Positions 1-12,582 of a stretch of 64,000 nucleotides of DNA are shown here, piece after piece (positions within the stretch are counted from its first letter, which is position 1; every line of letters begins with the position of its first letter). Under the pieces are notes generated by a model. That model did no database searches, was not told the DNA's origin, and worked only from the letters and a program-made list of their open reading frames with translations. This stretch comes from Podarcis pityusensis (taxonomy: Eukaryota): NCBI GenBank assembly GCA_964106645.2, contig OZ067039.1. The stretch is one strand, 5' to 3'. A program made the translations under genes and the position numbers.

Positions 1-259
1 CCCAATGTGGCTCCCACATTTCCATGAACAAATTGGCCACATGGTGGGGGCAATTGAAGTGGGTCTTTCTCATGGGATCAGTGTGATTCTGCACACCTGA
101 CTGAATCAATTACATACAACCCCAATTATAAGGGAACTTTTCATGGAAAAATAGCTTCCATGAAGCTGGGGCTGCATGTAAAGGACACCTTAGAAATGAC
201 ATGGAATCTTCTCACAGAAATGCTCCAAAGGCCTTGCAGACCCAGAAAGAACATGAAGA

Positions 260-2377
260 GACTTCCGGGTTGGCGCCTCCAAGCAATGGCGGAGTTCCTC
301 CGATCGGGAGGAATTTGCTCCACGGAAATTAGGGTCTGACTGCCACGGCGAAGGCAGAGACCCACTGAAATCACAGGCGGGAGAAGCCTGTGAACTTGGG
401 ATTCGGCTGGCACCCTTTGCGCCTCCCCTACTCGCGGGGAAACCCTGATTTGGGGATCCAGAGCAAAGTGGGGTGAGTGGCGCGGTGCTTCGAATTGATT
501 GCTTCTTTCACGGAGTGAAGCCGCATCGCTGTTGCCGGAGAGCGCTGACTTTTTCCTGTGGACAATTGGATTTTAAACAACTACCCGTGAGTAGAACGGA
601 AAATTAGATCCTTAAATTCATTAATTTGGCATCGAAACGGGAAGGTTCTAAACAGGAAGTCCGCCTTCCTTTTTTGTAAACAGATTGAAGCAAAGAAGTT
701 GCAAGTTAAAGCCTTGGAAAGTTTATTTTTGTAAAGGATTAAATCTCCATCAGTTAAAACTATTAAACCCCCCTTGGAAGCAGGAGAAGAGGGGGGAAAT
801 TTTGGACCTAGTGAGCCTGCAGGAGAGAGTGAAAAACCAAATTACCACTGCTCCGAACCTGGAAATGGGCTGCCAGAAAGAGTGACGTTTTTTGACAGCT
901 AGCAATAAGAGAAATATATTGTTTCCATTGTACTCATCTGCGTTTAAAAAGTAGGAAAAGAAACTCTCTTTATAGTTTAAACTGTGTTTGAAAGGATTGA
1001 TACAAGTGGAGACTGTTTCCCTCTAGAGGGAGCTTTTGAAACAGTTACAAGAGTGGAGCTGGGGTTTTTCCAGTTGCAAGATAAGAACTGTGTGAAATAG
1101 AGATCGACCTTGGACTTTAAGAATGTTGACAGAAGGAGCCTTAGTGACTGTATTATGTAAGATAAGCTATTCGTTGGAACAGCTCCACAAGAAGACGGAC
1201 GCTATGAATACCAAACTTGAGAACTTGGGACAAAAAGTGACTAATTTGGAACAAAAAGTGACCATTAATACAGAAATTGTTCAGGATTTGACACAGGAAC
1301 CTACTTTGACAGGACAAACTGGGGAGAAGACGAAGGAGAATGTTCGTGTTGTTAAACCTAAAATAATACAAGTGGAAGCCCCGGTTTTACAGAGGCAAAC
1401 TGAGGACTATAAGTGGAGGCCTTTTATGAATGAATATAGAAAAAGTCAGAATTTGAAGATTGGAGTCCTGTTTGGATTGAAGAAGGAAGGTTGGATAGAC
1501 TCTTTCATGCAGAGATTTACTGACCTTTGGGTCTTGAATCTGGGTCAGGAGGTGATTGGAGTTGTGGGGGCCTTTGGATCTGGGGGAGCCTTGAAACATG
1601 ATTTGAGATATTGTATGGACACTGGTTTTAGCTGTGGAGAGTTGGTTGGTCTGTCGAGAGGGAATGGGGGTATGGTTGGGTCGGGGTCCCCCCAAGACCT
1701 GCGCTTCAGCACCCTCAGCATCAAAGAATATGAAGAAAAACTGCAGAAGGGACTTGGAAAAGATTTAAGAGCCTTGGACAGAAGATCTCCAGGTTGATGA
1801 ACTATATGGAATGGACGGAAATGACTGGCAGAATCCGAGACCAGGGAGAAGAGATGGTGGTAGAAGATTGGGAAAGTTTAAAGTTTATATATAGAAATAT
1901 TGTAAATTTAATGAGTGTTAGAAAATTGTTGGAATGAAATTTTATGGCTTTAGCAGAAATGTTATAAGGAGTTAGGTATAAATATGTATTTCAGTATTAA
2001 TGGAAAATAAGGTACAAAATATGTTAAGATATTCATAATGATAAAAATAGAGAAAGATGGAAAGGAATTGCTGAAACAAGTAATAGAAGTGGAATACAAA
2101 AAGGGAGGTGAGAGGAGGTCGATGAAATAAGGGAATGTAAGATAGAGTAATGAAATGGTATGATATATGTTTTTAAATTGTTGTTCTTTTGCTTTGTTTA
2201 GTTTAGTGTGTTAAGGTTGTGTTTTGTATTGTTTATTGTATTGTATTGTATTGTTTTTTCTTTTCTTTCTCTTTTTTTTCTTCTCTGCTCTATTTTGTCT
2301 TTTTCTTTCGCCTATTTTCTTTTTTCTTCTTTTCTTGTAAGTTTTAAAAGCAATAAAGATTATTTTTAAAAAAAAAA
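260..2377 (+). mobile_element. Non-autonomous L1-like retroelement, copy A (2118 bp) in CFAP52 intron 8, antisense to the gene
   Basis: 17-bp TSD cagaaagaacatgaaga (243-259 / 2378-2394); CpG-rich 5' end; AATAAA 2352-2357 plus A tail; single ORF; L1 ORF2 C-terminal relic. Confidence 0.85.
1123..1797 (+). CDS. 224-aa ORF of retroelement copy A; N-terminal coiled coil, function unknown
   Basis: Intact ATG to TGA; heptad pattern LEQLHKKTDAMNTKLENLGQKVTNLEQKVTINTEIVQDL; homologous frame in copy B. Confidence 0.6.
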   Translation: MLTEGALVTVLCKISYSLEQLHKKTDAMNTKLENLGQKVTNLEQKVTINTEIVQDLTQEPTLTGQTGEKTKENVRVVKPKIIQVEAPVLQRQTEDYKWRPFMNEYRKSQNLKIGVLFGLKKEGWIDSFMQRFTDLWVLNLGQEVIGVVGAFGSGGALKHDLRYCMDTGFSCGELVGLSRGNGGMVGSGSPQDLRFSTLSIKEYEEKLQKGLGKDLRALDRRSPG

Positions 2378-3242
2378 CAGAAAGAACATGAAGAAGACTG
2401 TGCATATAAATCTGTGTATAAATCTACTTGCAGTGCAGAATTTGGCAGGTGTCTAGTCATCACTGAAAGGTAAGAGAATGTGAGGGCCATATTTGCTGAA
2501 ACATCAATGAGCAAAGCAAATTTTATTGGAGAGCAGCACTAGCGAGAGTGTAACCCCCCCCCCGCCAAGCTCCTATTATGTGAGTATCCAGCTGTTTCTT
2601 TCCATTCATCCTTGCCCAAAGTATTCTATTCTCTAAATTCTCTTCTTTTCCCCAGAATGTGCCAAACCCAGAGCACTGGGATTGAATAGACCTTGGGCTT
2701 ATTAGAAAGAACCACCAACTTGAGGGTTGCTTCCAACATTATTGCTTTGCTGGGTGTGCTCACATCTTTTCTGGGAAAACTTATGTGTGCATTATGTTTT
2801 GCCATGCATCTTAACACATTGGTTTGCATGCCGATGTCTTTGAAAATAACATAAGCAGAAATGCTATGATACGTCTCTGTGCAGTGTCAGCATAGGGCGC
2901 CTTATCCAAAGCTCCAAGGCAGAGCTATTGTAACCATGCAGAGAAAGCAGAGAGAAAGCCTACAAAGAATCAGATAGTAAAACCACAACCTGGTGCACAC
3001 CAGATGTTTAAGACTACAACCCTCCAACCCCATTCCGTTGCTTTCTTGTCTGTCCTGCTTCCTGGAATTTCCTGCAGGCTAGAGCCTACAGTTTACTAGC
3101 TGGTTTTGTTAACCCTAAGTGCCCCCCTTTGCAAATCAGTGAACATACAGGACCATCCAAAAGATTAAGATTGCTGCCTACCAAACTCACTGTACCTTGT
3201 ACATATATGCAGGATTAACAAAATTCTTTGGATCATACTTAC

Positions 3243-3413
3243 TATGGGAAAATGATATCATGAATGGCCTCATTGTGGCAGGTGGCTATGAGCTCATCCC
3301 TAAAGTCCGAATACGAGAACCGATAAATCTGTGCCTCCTCAGTGCCCACAAAAAACTGGTGCCCCTGCCCTCGTGGCGTGATGGATGTGACAGCACCTTC
3401 CAACTGAACTTTT
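3243..3413 (-). CDS. CFAP52: CFAP52 exon 8 (171 nt); later exons lie beyond the left edge
   Basis: KVQLEGAVTSITPRGQGHQFFVGTEEAQIYRFSYSDFRDELIATCHNEAIHDIIFP; tttacag acceptor, GTAAGT donor. Confidence 0.95.
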
Positions 3414-4005
3414 CTGTAAAGCCAAAAGAAAGTTTGGTACTGAAAATGACTTTTTTAAAAGACCATTCATCCTACCCAGGCCTTGCTTGTTTAAGTTAAT
3501 GTTTGTTTTGTGCATTGTTATCCTTTCTTCCACCAATAGCCCATGGTAGGACCTGGCTTCAGTACTCGGTCTGTAAATTGAGAGATTAGGAAGCATTTAA
3601 TATTCCTGTTTCTCCTATTAATTGTTGTTGCTGTTGTTGTTATTAATGCTTCTTTGTGATTTTTTTTTTTTAATCATGTTCCGAGAAAAAGCTGTGGATA
3701 TTTTCCATAATCTATTAACTGAAATTGGCTGAAAAATAAAATTGGTTTATTTTTGAGCACAACTGGATGACAAGAATACACTTTAACAAATCTATAGTTC
3801 CGCATTGGATTTTGTGAACTGAAAGCCATCAAATTAAGCTAGCAATTCTTGTGTGACGATCCATATTTAGTGATTTTGGTCTGAAGTTCTCTTGACAAAA
3901 TGGAACTTCTAAAACAGTCAAAAGCTCTCTTTTCTAGTGGTCTAGCTAAGAGCACCAACACTCTATTCTCTAGTTTCTCTGCTTACAAAGTAGAAACAAA
4001 ATGTA

Positions 4006-4430
4006 CTGCATTTTTCGCTCCATAGGGCGCACCGGACCATAGGGCGCACCTAGTTTTTAGGGGGGGAAATAAAGGGGGGGAAAATAACACACACCCCTGG
4101 TCCAGGAGCAGCAGCAAGATTGCGCGCAACCTCGCCGCCACTCCCGGAGCTTGCGGGGCTGGGGGCAGGGAAGCCCGAGCTTCCCCTGACCCCAGCCCCC
4201 AGAACAGGCAGATATCTGCAAGCCTGGAGAGCGCGGCGGGAACTCCCGCCGCGCTCCGAAGGCTTGCGGATAGCTGCCTGAAGCCTGGAGAGCGAGAGGG
4301 GTCGGTGCGCACCGACCCCTCTCGCTCTCCAGGCTTCAGCGAAAGCCTGCATTCGCTCCATAGGACGCACACACATTTCCCCTTCATTTTTGGAGGGGGA
4401 AAAGTGCATCCTATAGAGCGAAAAATATGG
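4006..4430. mobile_element. Tc1/mariner-superfamily (Tc2-like) non-autonomous DNA transposon
   Basis: TA flanks; TIR ctgcatttttcgctccatag / ctatagagcgaaaaatatgg; internal perfect palindrome. Confidence 0.75.
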
Positions 4431-4759
4431 TATTTGACATTCAAAATAAAATTCAAATTTTGTTTTAATAAATTCAAAACTGACTCACTTCACCCCATGG
4501 AAAAAGTAGGTGGCATAATGTAATCATACATTTAGTTCATTGTCCTCTAAATTGTGATCATTAAGCCTGCTGTCCTCTTGGAAGAAAGTCCCATTGAACT
4601 CAGCCGATCTGAAGTCCAGCACCATCTAACTAAAGCTCATGCTAAACAACTGTGAATTGCTTTACCATTTTGTGCAATGTATGTTTCACATTATTTCCAT
4701 GTTGAATGCAACTACCAGGGTGCACTAATATCCTTGCTAATGAATGTTCAGAAACTCAC

Positions 4760-4860
4760 TTTATTACTTTATAGTTCGATTCTGAACAAAGAGCTACAAT
4801 TCCAGCTCCTGTACCAATGACTAAGTCTCCCGTCTTCAGTAATAGCAAAGATGTCACTCC
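4760..4860 (-). CDS. CFAP52: CFAP52 exon 7 (101 nt)
   Basis: GVTSLLLLKTGDLVIGTGAGIVALCSESNYKVI; ctacag acceptor, GTGAGT donor. Confidence 0.93.
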
Positions 4861-5262
4861 CTGTAGGGGGGAAAAAAAGCAGGATTAAGACACTTATATG
4901 CTAGCCAAATCACTGTATTTGTGCAGGATGATTGGACAGATCAGAGTATTTGCCTTGCAAAGGTGGTGTGTATGCAATTAAGATTACTCTTTTACCAGTG
5001 CTGACTTATCAAAAGAGGGAAAGTTGTTGTTATTCAGCAGTGTAAAAATAACCAAGGAAAGAAACACCTTTTACAACTCTATTCATATCAGGTTGAACAC
5101 CACCTCCCTGGACAGACAAGCACATTCATTTTATGTGGTCCTTTAGTATTTGTGGTAAGCACATAAAATATGATGTGCATTCCCCAACACAAAGTGTGTA
5201 TCTGCAGGAAGTGGGAGCTTCACAGTGTTCAGGTTCGGCAGGCTCTTCCTGCATCTTTTTCT

Positions 5263-5291
5263 GGGTGGTGGTGGTGGTGGTGGTGGTGGTG
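5263..5291. repeat. (GGT)n microsatellite
   Basis: Direct reading. Confidence 0.9.
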
Positions 5292-8200
5292 TGTGTCTCC
5301 CCTTCACACTGCATGCACTTAGGTCAGCCTTTTCCTGAGAAGTCACATAAAATGTCAAGTGTCTTTTAGAGTTAAAGATCCAATTCAAGAAAATATAGAC
5401 ATAAATTTAGGAGAAGGACATTAACAGGATGAGTTTTTGAAAATGAATGGACAGGGCATGTAGAATGCTGAATGACAATGAAGAAGGGAGGACTGTGAAG
5501 CACGTAAGAGGAAGATCACGACAAGAAGTCTTCATTAAGATTATTTACATGATAAGAGAGTGCTCTCTGAGTGTTTCATTGCTCATTTAGCAGTCACATA
5601 AGAACTTCCTTCCTGAACCAGATTAATAGTTTATGCAGCCCTCTATCTTCTTCCCAAAATGTCTCCATTTGTCATTTCTGCATTTATTTCAGCATAGGGC
5701 ACCAATGGATGATTCTCCTCCTCCCTTGATTATTTCCAGGTTTTTACTGCCAAACACTATGGGACACCCTCAGCAATCTTAGGTCTGATTTGTATTGCAG
5801 AGGTAGCTAACCTGAGGCCCACCAGATGTTGTTGGTATGACCCACAACTCAAAGAGACTATGAGTTGTGTGGCAGAGAAGAACAAGACTTCATCTTTGTC
5901 CTTGACAGAAGAACTTCCAGGACAGCACAGCCCCAGCTAAGGGACAGAGCCTTGCCAGGCTCTTCCAATTTGAAGGAGACCCCCAGTGCACCATTGTCTT
6001 TCCAGCTCCATAGGGGTAAAAGGCTGCAGAACAAGGTCCCTCAACAACCAGCAGGCTGCAAAGATACCATAGCGGGATATTGGAACTATCCAAGGTCCTG
6101 CAAGTGTTCCAAGTGCTTTCAGTTCCTGCTTTGGCATCTTGGTGGGGCACTGCTGCACTTTCCATGAGCCTTGAGCTATTGTAGTTTAAGACAGTTGAAT
6201 TTCAGCTCCTATCAGCACCAACCAGAAAGGCCAATGATCAGGGAAGACAGGAATTGTAGTCCAAAATCATCTTGAAGATAGCAGGTTCATCACCCCTGTC
6301 ATATATGCAGCCAATCACATGAACATTTATGAGCAGAGCTCTTGTGAAGTCTGGGTAAATTTTAACCATGCAAACACAACCTCATAGTCTTCCTCAAACT
6401 GACAGTCCAAAACATCTGGAAGACACAGCTCCCATTATCCCAGACCATTAGGTTTGCTGTCTGGGGTCAATGGGAGTTGTAGTCAAAAACATATGGAGGG
6501 GGGCAACAGTTTGGAAAATGTCATATTGTTTCAGTGTTCCAAGATGTAGGGTTGCCATATTTCAAGAAGTAAAAATCCAGACATCCCAAAAAATTGTTGA
6601 GGTTCCCAAAAATGTGATTTCTGCTGCCTTCCAGAAATTCCCACCAAAATTACCAAATGTAATGCCCTTCTAAAACAAAGAGGCATAGAAGAAACATCTG
6701 TGAATGGTGAGGAAAAAATTATTAGCCAAATGGTAGGTGTTCCTATTCTCTATAAATTATTATCCAGAAGCAGGATTACTTTTAAACACAAATCTTTCTT
6801 AGGGGTGTCAATGGGACTTTACAAGTGTCCAAATATCAAATCCACAACAGCTCTGTTTTTTGATATGTTGCAGGATACTACTTCCTAAGACAGGACTTGG
6901 TTTGAAGAAGGGGAAAAAACACACAGTTGGCACAATTACATATAAACTCTCTTACATTTGAGAAGTTTCATGATGACAGGTTTTCACTACCTTGCTAGGT
7001 AATGTGTGGTGTTAACACGATCCTGTCAGGGCTTTAATTTTCCTGGATAGACTGCTGACATCACTCAGTCCTAAACAGCTTGACTTGGAAGCAAGTTCCA
7101 ATTATTGCAACGGAATCATATCAGAAACCAACTAACAGCTACCAAAAAAGAGAATCTTCAGACGGACAAGGCCTGCCTATGATGACTGTCCCTTGAATCA
7201 CAGTGAGAAAGCAGATAGCTTTATAATCCACACTTGTTATTCATAATGCTCAGTAGTTCATATTAATGATGCAATACTCCGCTTTACACCCTGCCATTTC
7301 CCTTGTGAGCTAAACACAAAGGCTGCTGGATGGCTTAACATTTCTTTTATTATTTACATGTTACACAAAGAAATCACAGCCATGACTGATTCCGATTACA
7401 AGAGATAACTTCCAAGCCAAATAAAGCTCACTTATTTCCCTGCAGGAAAATGAAGCTCTGCATCCATCCCAATTGCTTTCAAATGTAAACATCCCACTAT
7501 CTCTGATAAAACCCCTTTCCAAGACACACAATTCTTTCTTTTTACTTGAATAACTCAGGCTGCAATGTGTCTATAATGAAATGCCTTTTTCCTTACTTTG
7601 CTTTCAAAGCATCTTTCATTGTCAGTTGAAAATAAAACCATATCCAGATAGTTACAGTATTGATAACTCGGTGGAGAACATCTCTGCTGCTTGCTTCAAT
7701 GCATTTCCTATTAAACCAACTATAAAAAATCCCAATGATTTAAATGGCAATATAATTGTTTTATTTTATTTCTTTTAAATCTGAAGCCCACCCTTCATCG
7801 AGTTAATGATCCCAGGGCAGGTTACAGCATGAAAAGATTAAAAAAAGATCCCAGTCAAAGAATGAAAGCAGATAAAAGATCATAGTCCAAACCATCACAT
7901 ATTATTCTAAACTGTCTTAAACCTACTATAGTTGACCCCCATTGTTTAACAGATCAGCTGAACACTATTAAGTAAACAAGGCTGGTACCAGCTATACTTC
8001 AGAAGGGAAGGGCATTCCGTAAGTGGGGGTCACCACAAAGAAGGCCCTTTCGCACATTACTTCAAGAAACAGCTACCCTGGAGAAGGGTCAGAAAGAAGG
8101 GCCTATCCTGAAGATCTTAAAGACTGGACTTGGAGTCTGGAAACAATCAGCTACATATTTAATGGGGGAATATATTCAAAACTTAAATAAATAAAGGGAT

Positions 8201-9246
8201 TTATGTGAATGGGGTTACTTGCTTTACTTTTTATTTACCTTTTTATTTTTTGTGGCATTTCATTCAGTAGATGTTACTGCAGTTTATTATATTTAAAATG
8301 AATTATGAAGCTCTGCTAATGAGATCCAAATTTGATAAAGTACTGAGCTCCAGAAGCCAGCATGAGAGTCTCCTTGTGTGCTATTTACAATGTTTTATAG
8401 AAAACATGTTTTCATGTACATTGTATCTGAAAGCTGAGGGTTTTTGTTTTTTTTTAATTAAACCAATTTCCTGTCTTGTGCTTCTGATGATATGGCTGAA
8501 TCTCTCATAAGTCTGAAAACTAGAGAAAGAAGAGGTGAAGATATAGCAAATAAATAATCTTTAACAGGTGTTTGGTGACTGGAGATTTTGCTTCATGTCA
8601 AATATTTGGATTGTGATGTTCTGCTCCAGTTTTATAGGCCTATGATATCAAATCAACCATTAACATGTCTCTGGCCCATGTGTGTCATACATTAACAGGC
8701 AGCATATCCTGGGTCCTTCAGACATTATGTTAATGGAGTACACTATCATGAAATAGAATCTCTTTCTAATGTTTTCGTTGGCTCTAGAAAACTACTGTCT
8801 GGCTCTAGAATAAAGAATATTTGAAGGACAGTATACTTTTCCTATCTAGTCTGTGCAAACGAGTAAGAATTAACTTGCACATCTCAAACTGTCAAGAACC
8901 ATCCAAGCTCTGCATCTGTCATCAACGTCATTTATGCAAAAGACTTATAAAGAACAAACAGAGCATGAGGCTCCTAAATTACAGTTGATGAACAAATATA
9001 TATCTCCCTTTGAATAAAGATTATGACTGATTTACTCACTACAAAAAGTAATTGTCCCTAGTGTGATGTCATGCACATTGAGCACCACTGACTTCAAGTG
9101 ATTGGGTATTGTTGACTTTGTTGATTGGATCATGTATCGTATTCTGTCTGAGTACACTGCAGTTGTTTTACTGTGCTTGCCATTGTGCTTTTGAATGTTT
9201 TTATTATTTTCTTATTTTATGACTGGAAGCTGTCTCAAAGCTGCTT

Positions 9247-9291
9247 GATGAAGATGATGATGATGATGATGACGACGACGACGACGATGAT
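9247..9291. repeat. Compound (GAT)n(GAC)n microsatellite
   Basis: Direct reading. Confidence 0.9.
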
Positions 9292-9593
9292 ATGAGCACA
9301 GGCCCAGGAGGGGATAATTATTTGCAAGATGGGATGAAAAAGATAAAGGAATGAATCCTGATACCATTTTTAAAAAAGAGTCTTAGGACATCTTAGAAGC
9401 TAAAACAAATATTGTGGCATAGGTTTTTGTTGGATAGAGCCTACTTCATCGTACACATTTTTGTGGCTCGATCTATATGAAATGCCATGAGTATAGCAGA
9501 GAGAATAATGTACCTTCCTTCAAGTTTTTACTTCATGTATGTAACAAAGCTCTAGTCCACAAAAGCTTACATGTTTAATCCTCTATAAACATA

Positions 9594-9819
9594 CAGTGAT
9601 ACCTCGGGTTAAGTATTTAATTTGTTCCGGAGGTCCATACTTAACCTGAAACTGTTCTTAACCTGAAGCACCACTTTAGCCAATGGGGTCTCCTGCTGCT
9701 GCGACACCACCGGAGCACAATTTCTGTTCTCATCCTGAAGCAAAGTTCTTAACCTGAAGCACTATTTCTGGGTTAGCGGAGTCTGTAACCTGAAGCATAT
9801 GTAACCCAAGGTACCACTG
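9594..9819. mobile_element. Tigger/pogo-like MITE
   Basis: TA-cagtgatacctcgggtta ... taacccaaggtaccactg-TA. Confidence 0.8.
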
Positions 9820-11071
9820 TATAGAAATATGTGTTTAATCTTAAAATGCCTCAAGAGTCATATCCTGCAACACACACACAAAGAGATATAGAGCAAAACA
9901 CATATAGATTATGTTAGGAAGACTCCTTTAGGTCAGCATTCCACAAGCTGGTGCCTTCCAGATGTTGTTGGACTACAACCCTCATCAGCACCAACCAGAA
10001 TAGACAATTGGTTAAGACTGATGGGGGCTGTAGTCCAACAACATCTGGAGAGTACAAGTTGAGGGAAGAGTGCTCCAAGTGAGCAGTCCACATCCAAATT
10101 GTTGACATAATTTATTAGACTAGAATGGAGAGGTGAGAGAATCACACTGCTAGCCACATGGTATTTTCCTTCTCCCTTCTGTAGAGAAGAAATGCTGCTC
10201 CTCTCGCCATTTAATATTCAGTACCAGTCAATGCAGATGCTGTACAGTCATAGTTAGAAGGCTTATAATCTACAAAAGGCACACGATGTAAAGGCAAGTA
10301 TCATAGAGCAGTGAGTGAAATATCAAATCAGGGTGAGTCTAGAGTAACTCAGGGAAAGCTTTGCTAATGAAGTAGGTTTTTCAGGAGGAACGGAGGAGAG
10401 AAGGGGAAAGCTTTCCTAATCACAGGATCAGCATAGCACAAGACACAAAGATAGGAATGGGAGAATGGGGAAAGGGAAGCCAAGAACACATCTGGAGCAA
10501 TTCTGACTTAGGATGAAGGGGATGCATAGGAAAAATTGAGTGGGAGGACAGATATGATTGAGAAAAATTGTCAACAGAGAGCAAACAGTAAACAAGTAAA
10601 GACTAGAATTCTGATACATAGCCAAGAGTCAGTGTATGTAATGAGGAAAAGAGCTGATATAATTATGAGAGTGTTGGGAAGGACAGATTAATTTCACCAG
10701 GTATTCAAAATTGCCCACACAATGGCAGTTTACTATGTTCCTAATACTTACTGTTAGGGATCCCATTTTACAGTGGGAAACGAAGGTTGGGAGAGATTTG
10801 CCCACAGACACTTAGACATACCATAGTTTACTGGAGATGTGAACAAGTCCATGCCCAACTATCAGGTAGTCCAGAGAAAAGAAGCTAGGTAAGTGGTAAA
10901 ACTTCCCTGCAGATACACACCAAAAGGCAAGGCGGAGGTAAGCTCAGTCTGCACCCAAATAACAAGTTGCTCAGAATGAAGGGTGCACCCAAAGTCAGGA
11001 GTTTTACACAGGATCAGATGCAACTATATTGGCACTTTGTCACCTGACACCTGCTAAATGTTTGTTACAAC

Positions 11072-11194
11072 CAGAGATTTTGCTCAGCAGGAACTCAGCT
11101 CTGGCACCTCTTAGGTGGGCACCATTGCCATTATAAGAGAACAAGGGAGACCGTTCATGGTTCTGGCACCTCTTTTTCTAGAAATAGAGCACTG
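11072..11194. mobile_element. Short hAT-like MITE
   Basis: 8-bp TSD gttacaac / gttacaat; cag..ctg termini. Confidence 0.55.
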
Positions 11195-11273
11195 GTTACA
11201 ATGGTTGGTTGTTGCTATACTATCTGCATGACTACACTCTGCTAGTGAGAGGTGGAGCACAGCAGCCACTTAC

Positions 11274-11390
11274 CAGGCTGAATTTCTCCTTCACTGGGCC
11301 AAAGGTACTCATCAATGTGCTTTTTGTATTGAGTTTGAGGACATCACCAGTGGATGTCCCAATATAAAAATAACTGTCATCATCAGTCAT
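11274..11390 (-). CDS. CFAP52: CFAP52 exon 6 (117 nt)
   Basis: MTDDDSYFYIGTSTGDVLKLNTKSTLMSTFGPVKEKFSL; ccccag acceptor, GTAAGT donor. Confidence 0.95.
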
Positions 11391-11811
11391 CTGGGGAAGA
11401 ATGAAGAGGAGAAGGATTAGAAGCACACGCCACACCTTTTAAGATGACAAGTAATCCTAAATTCATTGTCATAATTTCTTTTGAGTGATATAGGATAGAA
11501 ATTTGATGCCATCTCACATAGGACCTGGAAATCACAGGGAGAAAGTTCTTCTTCTGTGTCTTTATGTCTCAAACACTACTGCTGTTCAGCTTATTTATTT
11601 ACACACTCGGAGACAGATGGATGCCAACCAATTTACTTATTTTATTAAATTGTACCCCACACCTTCTAAAAATATTTTTACTTGGCACAATTAAAAAAAG
11701 ACTAAATTGCCAAAAAGTATTAGCAAGCAATGAAAACAAGCGATAGCAAAGTAAAACACAACAGCGGAGTTCACTAAAGCAATCCAACTGTTAGACCAGC
11801 AGCTTGCTTAC

Positions 11812-11911
11812 CATAGCACATGTAACTATTCTTTTCAGCTGCCCTGTTTGACACTCAGTTGGTCGGATTTTTCTGTTGGGTAAATCCAATTCCCATACGC
11901 GAATGGTTCCA
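11812..11911 (-). CDS. CFAP52: CFAP52 exon 5 (100 nt)
   Basis: GTIRVWELDLPNRKIRPTECQTGQLKRIVTCAM; ctgcag acceptor, GTAAGC donor. Confidence 0.95.
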
Positions 11912-12582
11912 CTGCAGCCAAAAAACATATTTCAAAATTGATTCTAAATAGAAAAAAATGTCACACAAATTTCTTGATCATAGTATTCAAAGGTGAATCT
12001 ACTATTTGTCTTCCACCTACCAATGCCTGGCAGCTTTCAAAAAGTATATGCCAACTAACGATGTGTCACTGCAGTGTATTAAGAAGCTAAACACAAACTC
12101 ATTCTATTCTCTTGTTATCCAGGGACAGAAGGCGGAACTGGTTGGTTGATTAGATCATTTCAGAGAAAATAAATATATTTTCTGACCATAACATAAAGCT
12201 CCCACATACTACATTATTTTCTATGGAAACTGCCTGCAATTGGCTATAAGTAGTAATCATTCAAGATACAGCAAGCCCCAACAAAAATGCAGGTGACTGA
12301 TTCCTCTGCCTCACTCTCTATTAAAGCAGATGATTGCATACCATGGGTGATGAAAGAAAGAAACCAGCAATTTCAAAAACACCCTCCTTCCAGTATTAAA
12401 AGGCCACAGTGCAGAGCAATTTTACATTGCCCGGCCATTGTAAACGTTATAGGAGGTGTCTGCTGTACAACCTCTTGTTAATCACAAAATTTGAAGATTT
12501 AGCTCTTTCTCAATACACTGGTAAGTTTAAAACTGGTGGAAATGCCTGTCAGGAATCCAAAACCATTCCATCATTACTACTA

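Noticed and set aside
3983-4523. Overlapping 164, 119 and 72 aa ORFs
   Set aside because: By-products of a GC-rich palindromic MITE; no transposase motifs
9594-9819. Recurring aacctgaag motif as a CRISPR-like array
   Set aside because: Subterminal repeats of a Tigger-like MITE in eukaryotic DNA; no regular repeat-spacer structure
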